64,000 nt of DNA from Macrostomum lignano (lineage: Eukaryota): contig NIVC01001406.1 in the NCBI GenBank assembly GCA_002269645.1, forward strand, positions 62,001-126,000, in the 5' to 3' direction. A model generated the notes under the pieces. It was not told the origin of the DNA. It saw only the letters and a list, made by a program, of their open reading frames with translations, and did not search any database. Position numbers and translations under genes: made by a program. Each line of letters opens with the position of its first letter. Position 1 is the stretch's first letter. Shown piece by piece: positions 15,972 through 28,897 of the stretch.

Positions 15972-18900
15972 TCAGGCAAATGCCTGCTGCAGTTGGCCTT
16001 TCTGTAGCGGCCTTTTAAATGTCCAATTGTCCTCGTCATCTTTGACAAAATATTTCACAGGAAACTGGATGCCCCGTTCGCGTCTGAGCCTCTCGCAATG
16101 GCGCTGCCGCTCCTCCAGCTGGTTGGTTGGTGGAGAGAACGGAGATTCCAGGGGTCAGCAATGCTGCTAGTTAATCACGGAGCTATCTATAGAAATGTCA
16201 GAGCGATTACTAAAATCCCTTTCAAAGGGGCTGAACGAGAGCAGAATGCTGGAGATTGGTGTGGTGGAGGATCGGAGGGGTGGAGGATCGGATGGGGTGG
16301 AGGATCGGAGGGGTGGAGGATCGGAGGGGTGGAGGATCGGAGGGTGCGGAGGATCGGAGGGGGTGGAGGATCGGAGGGGGTGGAGGATCGGAGGGGGCGG
16401 AGAATCGGACGGGGTGGAGGATCGGAGGGGTGGAGGATCGGACGGGGTGGAGGATCGGAGGGGTGGAGGATCGGATGGGGTGGAGGATCGGAGGGGTGGA
16501 GGATCGGAGGGGTGGAGGATCGGGGGTGTAGGATCGGGGGGTGGAGGATCGGGGGGGTGGAGGATCGGGGGGTGGAGGATCGGGGTGGAGGATCGGGGGG
16601 TAGAGGATCGGGGGGTGGAGGATCGGGGGTGGAGGATCGGAGGGGGTGGGGGTGGAGGATCGGGGGGTGGAGGATCGGAGGGGGTGGAGGATCGGGGGGT
16701 GGAGGATCGGAGGGGGTGGAGGATCGGGGAGGATCGGACGGGATGGAGGATCGGGGGGCAGAGGATCGAGGGGGTGGAGGATCGGAGGGGTGGAGGATCG
16801 GGGGGTGTAGGATCGGAGGGGGTGGAGGATCGGAGGGGGTGGAGGATCGGGGGTGTAGGATCGGGGGGGTGGAGGATCGGGGGTGTAGGATCGGGGGTGG
16901 AGGATCGGGGTGGAGGATCGGGGGTGGAGGATCGGGGGGTGGAGGATCGGAGGGGGTGGGGGTGGAGGTTTGGGGGTGGAGGATCGGAGGGGGTGGAGGA
17001 TCGGGGGGGGTGGAGGATCGGGGGGGTGGAGGATCGGAGGGGTGGAGGATCGGGGAGGATCGGACGGGATGGAGGATCGGGGGGCAGAGGATCGAGGGGG
17101 TGGAGGATCGGAGGGGGTGGAGGATCGGAGGGGCGGAGAATCAGGGGGGTGGAGGATCGGAGGGGGCGGAGAATCGGACGGGATGAAGGATCGGGCGGCA
17201 GAGGATCGGAGGGGCGGAGAATCAGGGGGGTGGAGGATCGGAGGGGGCGGAGAATCGGACGGGATGAAGGATCGGGCGGCAGAGGATCGGAGGGGGTGGA
17301 GGATCGGAGGGGGTGGAGGATCGGGGGGCAGAGGATCGGAGGGGGTGGAGGATCGGACGGGATGGAGGATCGGGGGCAGAGGATCGGGGGGTGGAGGATC
17401 GGAGGGGGTGGAGGATCGAAGGGGGCGGAGGATCGGAGGGGGCGGAGAATCGGACGGGGTGGAGGATCGGAGGGGGTGGAGGATCGAAGGGGGCGGAGGA
17501 TCGGAGGGGGCGGAGAATCGGACGGGGTGGAGGATCGGAGGGGTGGAGGATCGGATGGGGTGGAGGATCGGAGGGGTGGAGGATCGGAGGGGTGGAGGAT
17601 CGGATGGGGTGGAGGATCGGAGGGGTGGAGGATCGGAGGGGTGGAGGATCGGAGGGTGCGGAGGATCGGAGGGGGTGGAGGATCGGAGGGGGTGGAGGAT
17701 CGGAGGGGCGGAGAATCGGACGGGGTGGAGGATCGGAGGGGTGGAGGATCGGATGGGGTGGAGGATCGGAGGGTGGAGGATCGGAGGGGGTGGAGGATCG
17801 GAAGGGTGGAGGACCTGAGGATGGAGGATCGGAGGGGGCGGATGATTAGAGAAACAAACATAGCATTAGCCAATAGACCAAGACAAAGCGGGCTCACCTT
17901 TCGCTTCTCCTCCGTGGCCCTTTGAATATCGTTGGCGCGTAGAGCCTCGGTGACGGCAGCCCAAAGCCTTCGGGACTCGTAGGCCCGCTGCTGGCTAAGG
18001 GGACGAACTCGCTTCTTCGCCGCGGTCAGCAGGCTGACGTCGATGAGCCGCCTTTGACTGGGCCAGTCGGGATAGTCGAATTCCAGCTGGCCGCTCCACT
18101 CGCCCGAGACGCGGCAGACAACCGAACTGGCCGGGTTTCGAACCTCGGCGCTCACCCGATGCAGCCGGCCGCCGTAGAACGGTTTGGTATGAAAGATAAC
18201 GGACGCGTTGTACTTTGTCTTGTCGCACGAGATGGTCACCTTGTCGCCGAGTTCAACCCATGGCACGGTGAGGATTGACCGGGCGTAGGCGCTAGGCAGG
18301 GTGATGTTATAAACCTCGTCGTGCTGCATCAAGTGAAGCTGGAGCCGGCCAATCATGTTCACGCCGATGCTCATGCCCATAAATTTGCTTTTAGTGTAAA
18401 TGCTGGCATTTAGCCAGACTTGCTTTTGCGGGCACTCCATGTAGAATGCGGTGATTGGCGGATGGTGGGACACCTGCTCGGCCGTGTAAGTCAGCAAGCA
18501 GTCCGAGTTTCCTCCGCTGTCCGATGGGATTCGCCAGGAACAGTGGAATGTTTCCCCAATCAGGGGGTTGTATGGCTTTTTGGCTGCGGCGCCCTGGAGG
18601 TTTTAGAGGGGAGAATTGGCTAAGATTTACCTTGGAGATTTGAGATGGAAAAATGGAATTTGAAGGGGAAGCGATGGGATTCGAAATGGAAGCAATGGGA
18701 TTCAGAGGGGAAGCAATGGGATTCGAAGGGAAAGCAATGGGATTCGAAATAGAAGCAATGGGATTCAAAGGGGAAGCAATGGGATTCGAAGGGGAAGCAA
18801 TGGGATTCAAAGGGGAAGCAATGGGATTCGAAGGGGAAGCAATGGGATTCGAAGGGGAAGCAATGGGATTCAAAGGGGAAGCAATGGGATTCAAAGGGGA

Positions 18901-21900
18901 AGCAATGGGATTCAAAGGGGAAGCAATGGGATTCGAAGGGGAAGCAATGGGATTCAAAGGGGAAGCAATGGGATTCGAAGGGGAAGCAATGGGATTCAAA
19001 GGGGAAGCAATGGGATTCGAAGGGGAAGCAATGGGATTCGAAGGGGAAGCAATGGGATTCAAAGGGGAAGCAATGGGATTCGAAGGGGAAGCAATGGGAT
19101 TCAAATGGGAAGCAATGGGATTCGAAGGGGAAGCAATGGGATTCGAAGGGGAAGCAATGGGATTCGAAGGGGAAGCAATGGGATTCGAAGGGGAAGCAAT
19201 GGGATTAGAAAACCGCAGCCTCACCCGGCGGCCGCCGTGAAAGCCAGTCAAGTACCACTCAAGCACGCCGGTGATGCGCGACTCAGCGTCGGGCTGTTCA
19301 GCGGCGCGCAGCAGGCAGTCCGGGTGCAGCATGAAATCGGCGAACATTTCCAACAGTGAGCGGCGTTCAAGGATGAAAGTTGGCAGTACAACCCGGGTGA
19401 GATCCATGCCCAGCTTGAGCTGCTGCAGCAGGTGCAGGACGACCGATTTGTGCTCCTCCTGGGATGCGTCGCCAGACTGGTCGGAGGCGTCGGAAGCATC
19501 AGGCTCCGGTTGGTCTGGCTCGTCAAGCTGATGAGGCACCGGAAAGGCCGGATTTTCCAGCATCTCGACTAGAGGAACGATGGCAGCGAATGAGAGCGAA
19601 TCGCTGCAGAATGGTTGGTTTGGATTGAGACCCAGTTGTGTACATGCTAGAGTGCATATGCCTGGCAATTAGAAAGTCATTAATACCATACCCAACGCAG
19701 ACTGGGACAGCGGCCGAGTGCAGCCCCGCGGACAGAGCAGCCGGAGTCGCGGTGCCAGACAGGCCGGCAGTGGAAGCGGGTGCAATTCGGGCAGGCGCTA
19801 ACGATACGGAGGAGGCGCCTGCAGCGGCTTGTGACTGCGGTAGAGATGAGAGAAAATCAGCCAGTAATGTAAAGTAAACCAAGATTAATAATAGTATGTA
19901 TTCAATTATAAAAACTGAAGGCTGATCAAAACTAGGTAATTGTGGAAATTTAAAAAAATTCTTTTCAAGAAAGCCAATTGTTAACAAATCAACTAAGACA
20001 TGGACAGGTGTTTTAGTATCTTAGGAAAACCACAAACAGTATGTGGAAGAGTGTAAAACTGAATGTACGAAATTCAGGGAGAGGGTAGAGTCAGGGAGAG
20101 GGTAGAGTCAGGGAGAGGGTAGAGTGAGGGAGAGGGTAGAGTGAGGGAGAGGGTAGAGTCAGGGAGAGGGTAGAGTGAAGGAGAGAGTAGAGTCAGGGAG
20201 AGGGTAGAGTCAGGGAGAGGGTAAAGTGAGGGAGAGGGTAGAGTGAGGGAGAGGGTAGAGTCAGGGAGAGGGTAGAGTGAGGGAGAGGGTAGAGTCAGGG
20301 AGAGGGTAGAGTCAGGGAGAGGGTAGAGTCAGGGAGAGGGTAGAGTGAAGGAGAGGGTAGAGTCAGGGAGAGGGTAGAGTGAAGGAGAGGGTAGAGTCAG
20401 GGAGAGGGTAGAGTGAGGGAGAGGGTAGAGTCAGGGAGAGGGTAGAGTGAAGGAGAGGGTAGAGTCAGGGAGAGGGTAGAGTGAAGGAGAGGGTAGAGTC
20501 AGGGAGAGGGTAGAGTGAGGAGAGGGTAGAGTCAGGGAGAGGGTAGAGTGAAGGAGAGGGTAGAGTCAGGGAGAGGGTAGAGTGAGGGAGAGGGTAGAAT
20601 GAGGAGAGGGTAGAGTCAGGGAGAGGGTAGAGTGAGGGAGAGAGTAGAGTCAGGGAGAGGGTAAAGTGAGGGAGGGTAGAGTCAGGGAGAGGGTAGAGTG
20701 AGGGAGAGGGTAGAGTGAGGGAGAGAGTAGAGTCAGGGAGAGGGTAGAGTCAGGGAGAGGGTAAAGTGAGGGAGGGTAGAGTCAGGGAGAGGGTAGAGTG
20801 AAGGAGAGGGTAGAGTGAGGGAGAGGGTAGAGTGAGGGAGAGGGTAGAGTGAGGGAGAGGGTAGAGTGAGGGAGAGGGTAGAGTGAGGGAGAGAGTAGAG
20901 TCAGGGAGAGGGTAAAGTGAGGGAGGGTAGAGTCAGGGAGAGGGTAGAGTGAAGGAGAGGGTAGAGTGAGGGAGAGGGTAGAGTGAGGGAGAGGGTAGAG
21001 TCAGGGAGAGGGTAGAGTGAAGGAGAGGGTAGAGTCAGGGAGAGGGTAGAGTCAGGGAGAGGGTAGAGTCAGGGAGAGGGTAGAGTGAGGGAGAGGGTAG
21101 AGTCAGTGAGAGGGTAGAGTGAGGAGAGGGTAGAGTGAAGGAGAGGGTAGAGTCAGGGAGAGGGTAGAGTGAGGAGAGGGTAGAGTGAAGGAGAGGGTAG
21201 AGTCAGGGAGAGGGTAGAGTGAGGGAGAGGGTAGAGTGAAGGAGAGGGTAGAGTCAGGGAGAGGGTAGAGTGAGGGAGAGGGTAGAATGAGGAGAGGGTA
21301 GAGTCAGGGAGAGGGTAAAGTGAGGGAGGGTAGAGTGAGGGGTTTGAATAGGCGAGAGTATGGAAAATAGAACGGATGGAACGGAGTGCATAGAGCTGGC
21401 GCGCACAACCAACAATTCTCTCACCCTGACATAGGGCAGCAGGTTCAAGCAGGCCTCCAACGATCGCAGCGCACCAGCCGCGGTGCCCCTAGCGATCAGC
21501 AGATCCCTATCCAGGCAGCTGGGCAAGCCGACGGCCGTCGAAGCAGTAGGAGTTGCAGTCGACTCCATGCCGCCGTTGCCGCCGCCACAGCTTTCCGTCA
21601 CCTCCTGGTCGGAGACGGCGGACGCGGCGGCGTCTTCGCCAACCTCCAGACTGCCGTCGGCGTCGATGGCTTCTTCGTTGGCAATATTATAAGCCTCCTC
21701 GCCCTCGCCTTCGCCGTCGCCGTCAGCATAGACAAGTACTTCAGCGGAGTCGTCGGGTTGATCGCCAGCGTCAGCTTGGCTGGCGCAGCCGCTGTACAAG
21801 CTGCCTTCATTGCTGAACGCGCCGACGCTGCCGCCGCTCTGTTCAACAGCGGCAGTACAAGACGGCGGCGGCAGATTGGTCACCAGATCATCCAGGATGG

Positions 21901-24751
21901 TGATGGCGTCGCGCAGAGATGCCAGCAGGCCGTCCGGACTCGGATAGGCGACTCGGCCGCCTCTGGAGCCGTTGACGTCTGACAGGCTGGTTGGCTGGTC
22001 GCGCTGGCGCGGCCGCTTCGGCGGAGGCAGAGCCTGGTGATGCGGCAACGGCGCATCCGATGACGCCACCGCTGCAGATGAAGTCGACGCCGCGGCTGCA
22101 GCGGCGGCCGATGCAATGAAGCCGGCGCCGGCGGAGGAGGAGGCCGAACCGGCCGAGGAGGAGCGGCCGGTGCAACTGTAGATCTCCGGCAGCGAGACCG
22201 GGTTGTACTGCGGACGGGTGGGATGAGACTTCCAATGCGAGGGTGAGATCCTTCAGACCCATTCTAAATAGGGCGAGATTCTTCAGACTCATTCTAAATA
22301 GGGCGAGATTCTTCAGACTCATTCTAAATAGGGTGAGATCCTTCAGACTCATTCTAGATAGGGCGAGATTCTTCAGACTCATTCTAAATAGGGTGAGATC
22401 CTTCAGACTCATTCTAGATAGGGTGAGATCCTTCAGACTCATTCTAGATAGGGTGAGATTCTTCAGACTCATTCTAAATAGGGTGAGATTCTTCAGACTC
22501 ATTCTAAATAGGGTGATATTCTTCAGACTCATTCTAGATAGGGTGATATTCTTCAGACTCATTCTAGATAGGGTGAGATTTTTCAGACCCATTCTAGATA
22601 GGGTGAGATTCTTCAGACTCATTCTAGATAGGGTGATATTCCTGAGACCCATTTTAGTTAGGGTGAGATTCTTCAGACCCATTCTAGATAGGGTGAGATT
22701 CCTGAGACCCATACTAGACAGGGTGAGATTCCTGAGATATATTCCCAATAGGTGAGACGCATTTCAATAAATACCCTGAATTGCATAGGTTTTGCGACTA
22801 GTTATACCAATTAATCAACAATAATTTGCTGTGCTTTCGTTAATGGCAATAAATTGTGCATCAGGTGTAATACTCTTACTGCGATACTACTTATAAGTAG
22901 CAAGTGTACAGTGTGAGTGTTTAACAATAAACACTTTTACGAGTATAGTTATTATAAATGTTTGGAGTAGGATATGTACAACAAAAAATTGACACTAGTT
23001 AGCCTTGTACCTAGCTTATCGGAAGGCGATAATATGCCTTACAGGTCTACTACTTAATATAGTAAGTAGCATTATAAATTTATTTACATGTATTATAGCA
23101 AACCTACCGAATAGAACCGAAACATCTGTATGCAGCGCGAAAATATTTATAAATTGCAATGTAATAATTGAATAAGTCTGAACAGAACGAAAATTAAAAA
23201 CGAGACAATGATAAACTTACAGAGCCAAGAATTTTGCACTGCTCTGAGAAATACTGAGCCACTGCTCGAATTCTGTCCACCCAGTACTGCCGCTCGCGAG
23301 CGTCCGTGGCTACAGGTGTGAAAGGAGGCACAAATTATAAGATTATAAAGTACTGCATAATTTTCTGGATTGCTAAACTATGCTCTTAGCTTCATCCTAT
23401 ACATAAATAATTCACTACATGATATGTAGTTTCTTGATCACACAACTAATGATGTGGTTTTTAATCCAATATTTTATCCTAAGAAGCAGGCTGTTGATCC
23501 CAGATCCCTATTTTAACAAGCAGGTTGTTGATCCCAGATCCCTATCTTAACAAGCAGGTTGTTGATCCCAGATCCCTATCTCAACAAGCAGGTTGTTGAT
23601 CCCAGATCCCTATCTTAACAAGCAGGTTGTTGATCTCAGATGCTTATCTTAACAAGCAGGTTGTTGATCCCAGATCCCTATCTTAACAAGCAGGTTGTTG
23701 ATCCCAGATCCCTATCTTAACAAGCAGGTTGTTGATCCCAGATCCCTATCTTAACAAGCAGGTTGTTGATCCCAGATCCCTATCTTAACAAGCAGGTTGT
23801 TGATCCCAGATTCCTATCTTAACAAGCAGGCTGTTGATCCCAGATCCCTATCTTAACAAGCAGGCTGTTGATCCCAGATCCCTATCTTAACAAGCAGGTT
23901 GTTGATCCCAGATCCCTATCTTAACAAGCAGGTTGTTGATCCTTGATCCCTATCTTAACAAGCAGGTTGTTGATCCCAGATCCCTATCTTAACAAGCAGG
24001 TTGTTGATCTCAGATGCTTATCTTAACAAGCAGGTTGTTGATCCCAGATCCCTATCTTAACAAGCAGGTTGTTGATCCCAGATCCCTATCTTAACAAGCA
24101 GGTTGTTGATCCCAGATCCCTATCTTAACAAGCAGGTTGTTGATCCCTGATCCCTATCTTAACAAGCAGGTTGTTAATCCCAGATCCCTATCTTAACAAG
24201 CAGGTTGTTAATCCCGAGCTATACTCTAAACTGCCGGTTGCAATTATTAAATTAAATTAAATTATTAATTACTTAATTTATCAATTAAAAAAACCTCTAC
24301 CTTTAACTCGGAACACTTCGCCACTGGTAGAATTGACGCTAAACGTGCAAGAGTCATCCTCGCTAGGAACAACTGTTGCAAACTGTAAATAATTTTTTTA
24401 AAACAACAAATTATTTTTGTAATTTTCCTAAGCGCAATACTGTATATCGATTTATAATCGATAATATTACAGAAACATTTAATTACCGTTAATTGCAGTT
24501 CACCACGAGATCTTTGACCCTGGCGTTTATATTCTTCTTTCTAAAATATGCATAAATCCAGTTGAAAAAATGGTGCGAAAGTTAATTAGGCTACAGAACA
24601 ATAACTATCCTGCATTGCTCACCTCATAGTATTCCAACGCACCAGTCTCCGCATTCAAAACAAACCAACGCGGTTGAAATCCTTTAACAACGTTGGTGAA
24701 TTTTAATAGGGCGCCTTCAACAGTTTGCCTGAGATGAGCGCTCTCCTCCAT
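15972..24751 (-). CDS. OSBPL11: Oxysterol-binding protein-related protein, OSBPL10/11 (ORP9/10/11) subfamily, PH + ORD; exons 24751-24623, 24540-24487, 24382-24301, 23309-23221, 22207-21425, 19834-~19692, ~19603-19225, 18593-17898, 16118-15972; about 823-833 aa
   Basis: PH domain [28 protein letters not shown] ... [15 protein letters not shown]; coiled segment [23 protein letters not shown]; ORD with [30 protein letters not shown], the OSBP fingerprint EQVSHHPP, and C-terminal LEERQR..PVKYF. Junctions are GT-AG with matching phases; only the exon 6/7 junction is ambiguous. Orthology to OSBPL10 versus OSBPL11 cannot be resolved by eye. Confidence 0.92.
16258..17840 (+). repeat. G-rich minisatellite built on GGAGGATCG(G)n units, OSBPL intron 8
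   Basis: Directly visible; source of the Gly/Arg-rich and Pro-rich spurious ORFs. Confidence 0.95.
18655..19208 (+). repeat. 21-bp minisatellite (GGGGAAGCAATGGGATTCGAA)n, OSBPL intron 7
   Basis: Period 21; fills most of the 631-bp intron. Confidence 0.95.
20075..21340 (+). repeat. 17-bp purine-rich minisatellite (GGGAGAGGGTAGAGTCA/GTGA)n, OSBPL intron 5
   Basis: Directly visible. Confidence 0.95.
22240..22755 (+). repeat. 30-bp minisatellite (GGGTGAGATTCTTCAGACTCATTCTAGATA)n, OSBPL intron 4
   Basis: Period 30, about 17 copies. Confidence 0.95.
23480..24220 (+). repeat. 34-bp minisatellite (CTTAACAAGCAGGTTGTTGATCCCAGATCCCTAT)n, OSBPL intron 3
   Basis: CAGGTT at 23521 and 23555; about 21 copies. 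Confidence 0.95.
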
Positions 24752-25879
24752 ATCGAATTGCTGCGCCAGGAAGAGGACAAAGCAATTTTAGATTAAAATT
24801 TCGGGTCTGCTTAGCAAAAAGCATACAAGACACTGGGTTTTTTTCTGTGAAAGACCTTTTCTTGTAGGACACAATTTTACACATGTTTCAAAAGTATTAA
24901 AATTGTGTCAGCTTCAATTAATTACAGATTTACCTTTTTTCTTTGCATAACGCTGCGCAATTTCTGTCGCTCATAAGGCGTCAAATTGTGAATATCGGCA
25001 ATTGTTCTATCAAAATCATCGTCCATTGTTCCTCAATTATTGTCTTTTATTGTTATCTAAGTTCTTCAACTTAAGACAAATAAACAATCTCCAGTGTTGC
25101 TTTTCTTGATTGCAAAAGTTTAGCTTCCCTCTAGTAGAAATTGTTGCATGACTGTGAATTCAATTCAGAAACAAGAAATTTATAATAAAACTTATTGGAA
25201 GAGGGACTTGGATTGCAATCTAATTAATATATGATAGTTCTATTGCAAACAAGATAAACACTAGGATTAAGTATCTGGATACTAATACATTTTAAGCATC
25301 AAAACCACAGTGCTATTTAGCACCTTAGCTCCAAAATTTTGGTGCAAAATTGAAAACCAGGATATCAACTGGTATCAGGTAAAAAAACTAAGACATCTCA
25401 ACCTATACTTATAATTTAAACTTGATAAATTGACATCTGTACATTCTTTAAAGAGCTATTGCCCTGCTTTCTTATAACCAAGCATGTGACTTCCAATACA
25501 AAGCATTTATTGATAATGCAGTTCCTTTCAAAGGCTTTCTTACTAAAGAAAAAGTACACATTCTTTTCTACTATATAAGGAAATGCTTAAAAGATTGGTC
25601 TTTACCATGTAAAGCAGTTTTACATTAAGCTTACAAAATACCTCTAGTCTAATCTTTTTCTAGGGGAAATGTCTTGAGGTGTGCTCAGTTTTTTAACCTA
25701 GCAAAGTTTTTAAACTTAAAAGCCCCTGATGCAGTTGGTTTAGCCAAGGCGATGCTTTTTACAACAGAAAAAGTTTTGTCATTGATACTGACTTTAGATC
25801 AAAGGTTGGCAAAATCTAGCCTATAGGCCATATACAGTCTACAAAGCCTCTATCTAGCCCTTTGAAACTAGCCTGCTCA

Positions 25880-26140
25880 AAGTTGGTGTCTCTTCTTACC
25901 TCTCTTTCTCTTCTCAGTTTTCTCTTCTCTCCTTTCTTCATTTCTTTTCTTACCTTTTATTTCTCTCATCTCTTCTTTTCTGCCTTCTCTCCTTCCTCTG
26001 CTTTCCTCTTTTCCTTTTCTTCTTCACCTCTTTTGCTTTTTTCTCCTTTTTCCCCTCTAATTTTTCTCTCCTTATCTGACAACATAGTTTTTCTTTCATT
26101 CTCTTACTTCTTTTCTTCCTTCTCATCTATTATCTCTCCT
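25880..26140 (+). repeat. Pyrimidine-rich low-complexity tract
   Basis: CT-rich with no fixed period. Confidence 0.7.
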
Positions 26141-26225
26141 TTCCTTGTGCATCTGGCCAATAGCCACAAGCTATATTCTTTCTGGCCCTTGCGATAAAAA
26201 ATGTTTGCTAAAACTTGCTTTAGAT

Positions 26226-26499
26226 CATACATGCGCAACTGCTGGCCGACCTGGCCGATCTGGCCACCGTAAATTGTGGTGGACCAGGGGTAAGTCGCAA
26301 AAATGCCACCCAAAGAATACGGACGTAGTACTAATTAGATGCTGAGGCATTTATGGCTGATAAGACAGTCATAGTTACTCCTGCCGTTTACCCAAAACTG
26401 CGTTAATTTTGGTTTAGGGTTTTTTCACAGGTAAGTCACATTTTTGGTCAAAAAGTAAGTCGCATGGCCAGTGTAAATCAGGGGGGTTTCGCATGTATG
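26226..26499. mobile_element. Non-autonomous DNA transposon (MITE-like, 274 bp) with an 8-bp TSD; hAT or P superfamily
   Basis: Left end CATACATGCGCAAC versus reverse complement of the right end CATACATGCGAAAC (13/14). Identical flanking CTTTAGAT at 26218-26225 and 26500-26507. Internal GTAAGTC(G/A)CA motif occurs three times. No transposase ORF. Confidence 0.8.
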
Positions 26500-26964
26500 C
26501 TTTAGATGGTTGTCTATCATATTGAGTTTAAAAGAAGACAAAGCAAAATTCATTTTATTAATTGTATAATATTATATAATAATACCCTTGTTTCCTATTT
26601 CCTAATATATTTGTTGATGTAACAGATATTTTTTAAAGAGAAGCCTACTAGGCCTAACTACCTAATATTTGCCTTATTGATATGGCAATGTCCTAGTTTC
26701 CTATGTTAAATTATTTTAACCCAAAATTTGAAATGAACAAACAAAAGCAAGTTTGTTAAAGATTTAAAATGAGTCTTAAGTCTTAAAAGGAGTATTACAT
26801 GGCATAGTAATGTGTCAGCCAGTACAGAAAGTTGCCAAAGCTTTGCCAAAGTTGCCAAAGTTGCCAAAGTTGCCAAAGAGGATTTTGATAGATTTCTGTT
26901 TCATGGAGAGAATTTTGATGGGTTTCTGTTTGACGGAGAAGATTTCAATGGATTTGGCACTTTC

Positions 26965-27440
26965 AGTCAATTAGAGAAAAGAGAAAAGAGATTATAGAAA
27001 AGAGTAGAAATGAAAGAGGAGAGATTAGAGATGACATATGCGAAAGAATAGGAGAGTAAGATGAGAATGAAGGAGAGAAAAGAGAAGAGGAGAGGGGAGA
27101 TAAGAGGGGAGATATGAGGTAGCAGAGAGAGATGGGAGAGATGGAAGGAGAAAAAAGGGAAGGGATAAGAGTGTAAGAGGAAATAGAAGAGAGGAAAGAG
27201 TAGAGGAGAAAGATGAGTGAGATGAGGGATGAGAAATAAGAGAGGAGAGGAGAGAGAAGAGAGAAGATATGAGAAAAGAGGGGAGAAAATTTTATATTAC
27301 TATTATTAATATCAATATACAAGAGAGAGTACAGACGAAAGACCAGGGAATCAAGGAGAAGAGATAAATAAGGTAATAGAGATGAGAGGAGAGAGAAGCA
27401 AGAGGAGAAGGGAGAGAGGTGAAAGGAGAGAGATAAAGAA
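26965..27440 (+). repeat. Purine-rich (GA) low-complexity tract
   Basis: GA-rich with no fixed period. Confidence 0.7.
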
Positions 27441-28897
27441 TTAGAGATTTAGAACTTATCATAGACATAGACTCAAGTGTTATAGACAAAATAAGAGCAT
27501 ATAAGGAAAAAGATACAGTTGAAAGAGCAAGCTACTATGTCTATATCTAGACTATAGCTCTTGACATTGTACTAGGCCTAGAATACTTAAAAATAACAAA
27601 GACAAATAGCTGCCTTTTAGACAAGTGGCAAAACATTTGAGAAGGCCAAAGGCTTGGCAATAAAGAAGAAGTGTCAATATCAATTATTATAGTGTAACTG
27701 TTTTACACTATCAAATTATTAGATTCGATTTATATATACAATGCAATGCCATTTTTTGTTGGTTAGGCCTACCAACGTTATTATTGTTAAGCAAATCAAG
27801 GCACTACTTGCAAAATTACATGTCTAACATTTATCCACAAGCACCCAAATTAGACTTCTGTCTTCTACTCTTCATTACCATATTTTTAAGAATAACTTCA
27901 ATGTATTTTGATATTGAGGCTCTAGGCTAGTCTACGCCGTTATATTTGTACTTATTAAACGTATTATAAATTTCCGTACTTTTTAAATGACGATTAACTT
28001 GGCTTTAACAAATGAAAACAGTTTTTTATAAATTGTAAAAGTTTAAGAAGCATACTGATGTAAATTATTTTTTTTAAACTATATTTTTTACTTTTGTAAA
28101 CCATAATAAAAGAAAATTAATATGGAAATAGCAACTTACATGGCAATCGTAACTAGCCACTGAATTTGAATTCTTTGCAACAGACATTATAGTCTGTAGA
28201 GATCTCTTCGGATTTTAAGAATATATCCAAGCTACAGCAACAGTGTTGATACACTAATTGACGGTAATGTACTGAATAAAGTATTTCGAATTAAAAGTAC
28301 GATTTTATTATAGAATCGCTGGCTGAGAGCCAAGATTAAGTATCATGAAAAAAATATTGCTGCGAATGATAACCATAACTTTTAGGGAGTAGGATTAAAG
28401 TTTCATAGTTTCGTTCAAAGAATAATTAGGCAATTTAAATTCAACTCTAACCTTTATTTACTGATAGAGTAGTAATTTAAAGGACCCAACTAAAAGTTGT
28501 TACCGTTACTCCTATTGACTTGGTTCTTGAGTAATTCTTCAAGCCAAGATACAAACAATACTTAATCGAGTGCTCCATCTGTATTGCATGTAAATAGCAC
28601 TAAATTTATTTTCTCAAGTTGGTTAACACACACCAAATGTTTATTTATATACTATAAAATATTTCATTAGTTGCTTTCTATTATTGTTCAGTCAGTACAG
28701 TGCAATTTTGCAGACAAATATTTCATGCGAAATCAGAGTTAAAATTTTAACAATAAAAATATGGGAAAATTCGTTCGATACTGAAATTCGTCCGTTCGAT
28801 ACTGAGCTTTCCATCATATTTAATATTTGCCACAAACCGTCTTTTCCTAACTGCCCGGCTTATTATTCATTTTTCAGCTAAAAATTTTCCATTAGCC

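Noticed and set aside
16098-17925. Gly/Arg-rich and Pro-rich ORFs, and the 776-aa ORF 16167-18497
   Set aside because: GGAGGATCG array; only 18593-17898 is exon, and the rest is read-through past the AAG|GTGAGC donor.
25435-25860. Protein-like but stop-riddled plus-strand frame (decayed TE or pseudogene?)
   Set aside because: Many stops and no recognisable domain; cannot be told apart from AT-rich background without a tBLASTx or Dfam search.
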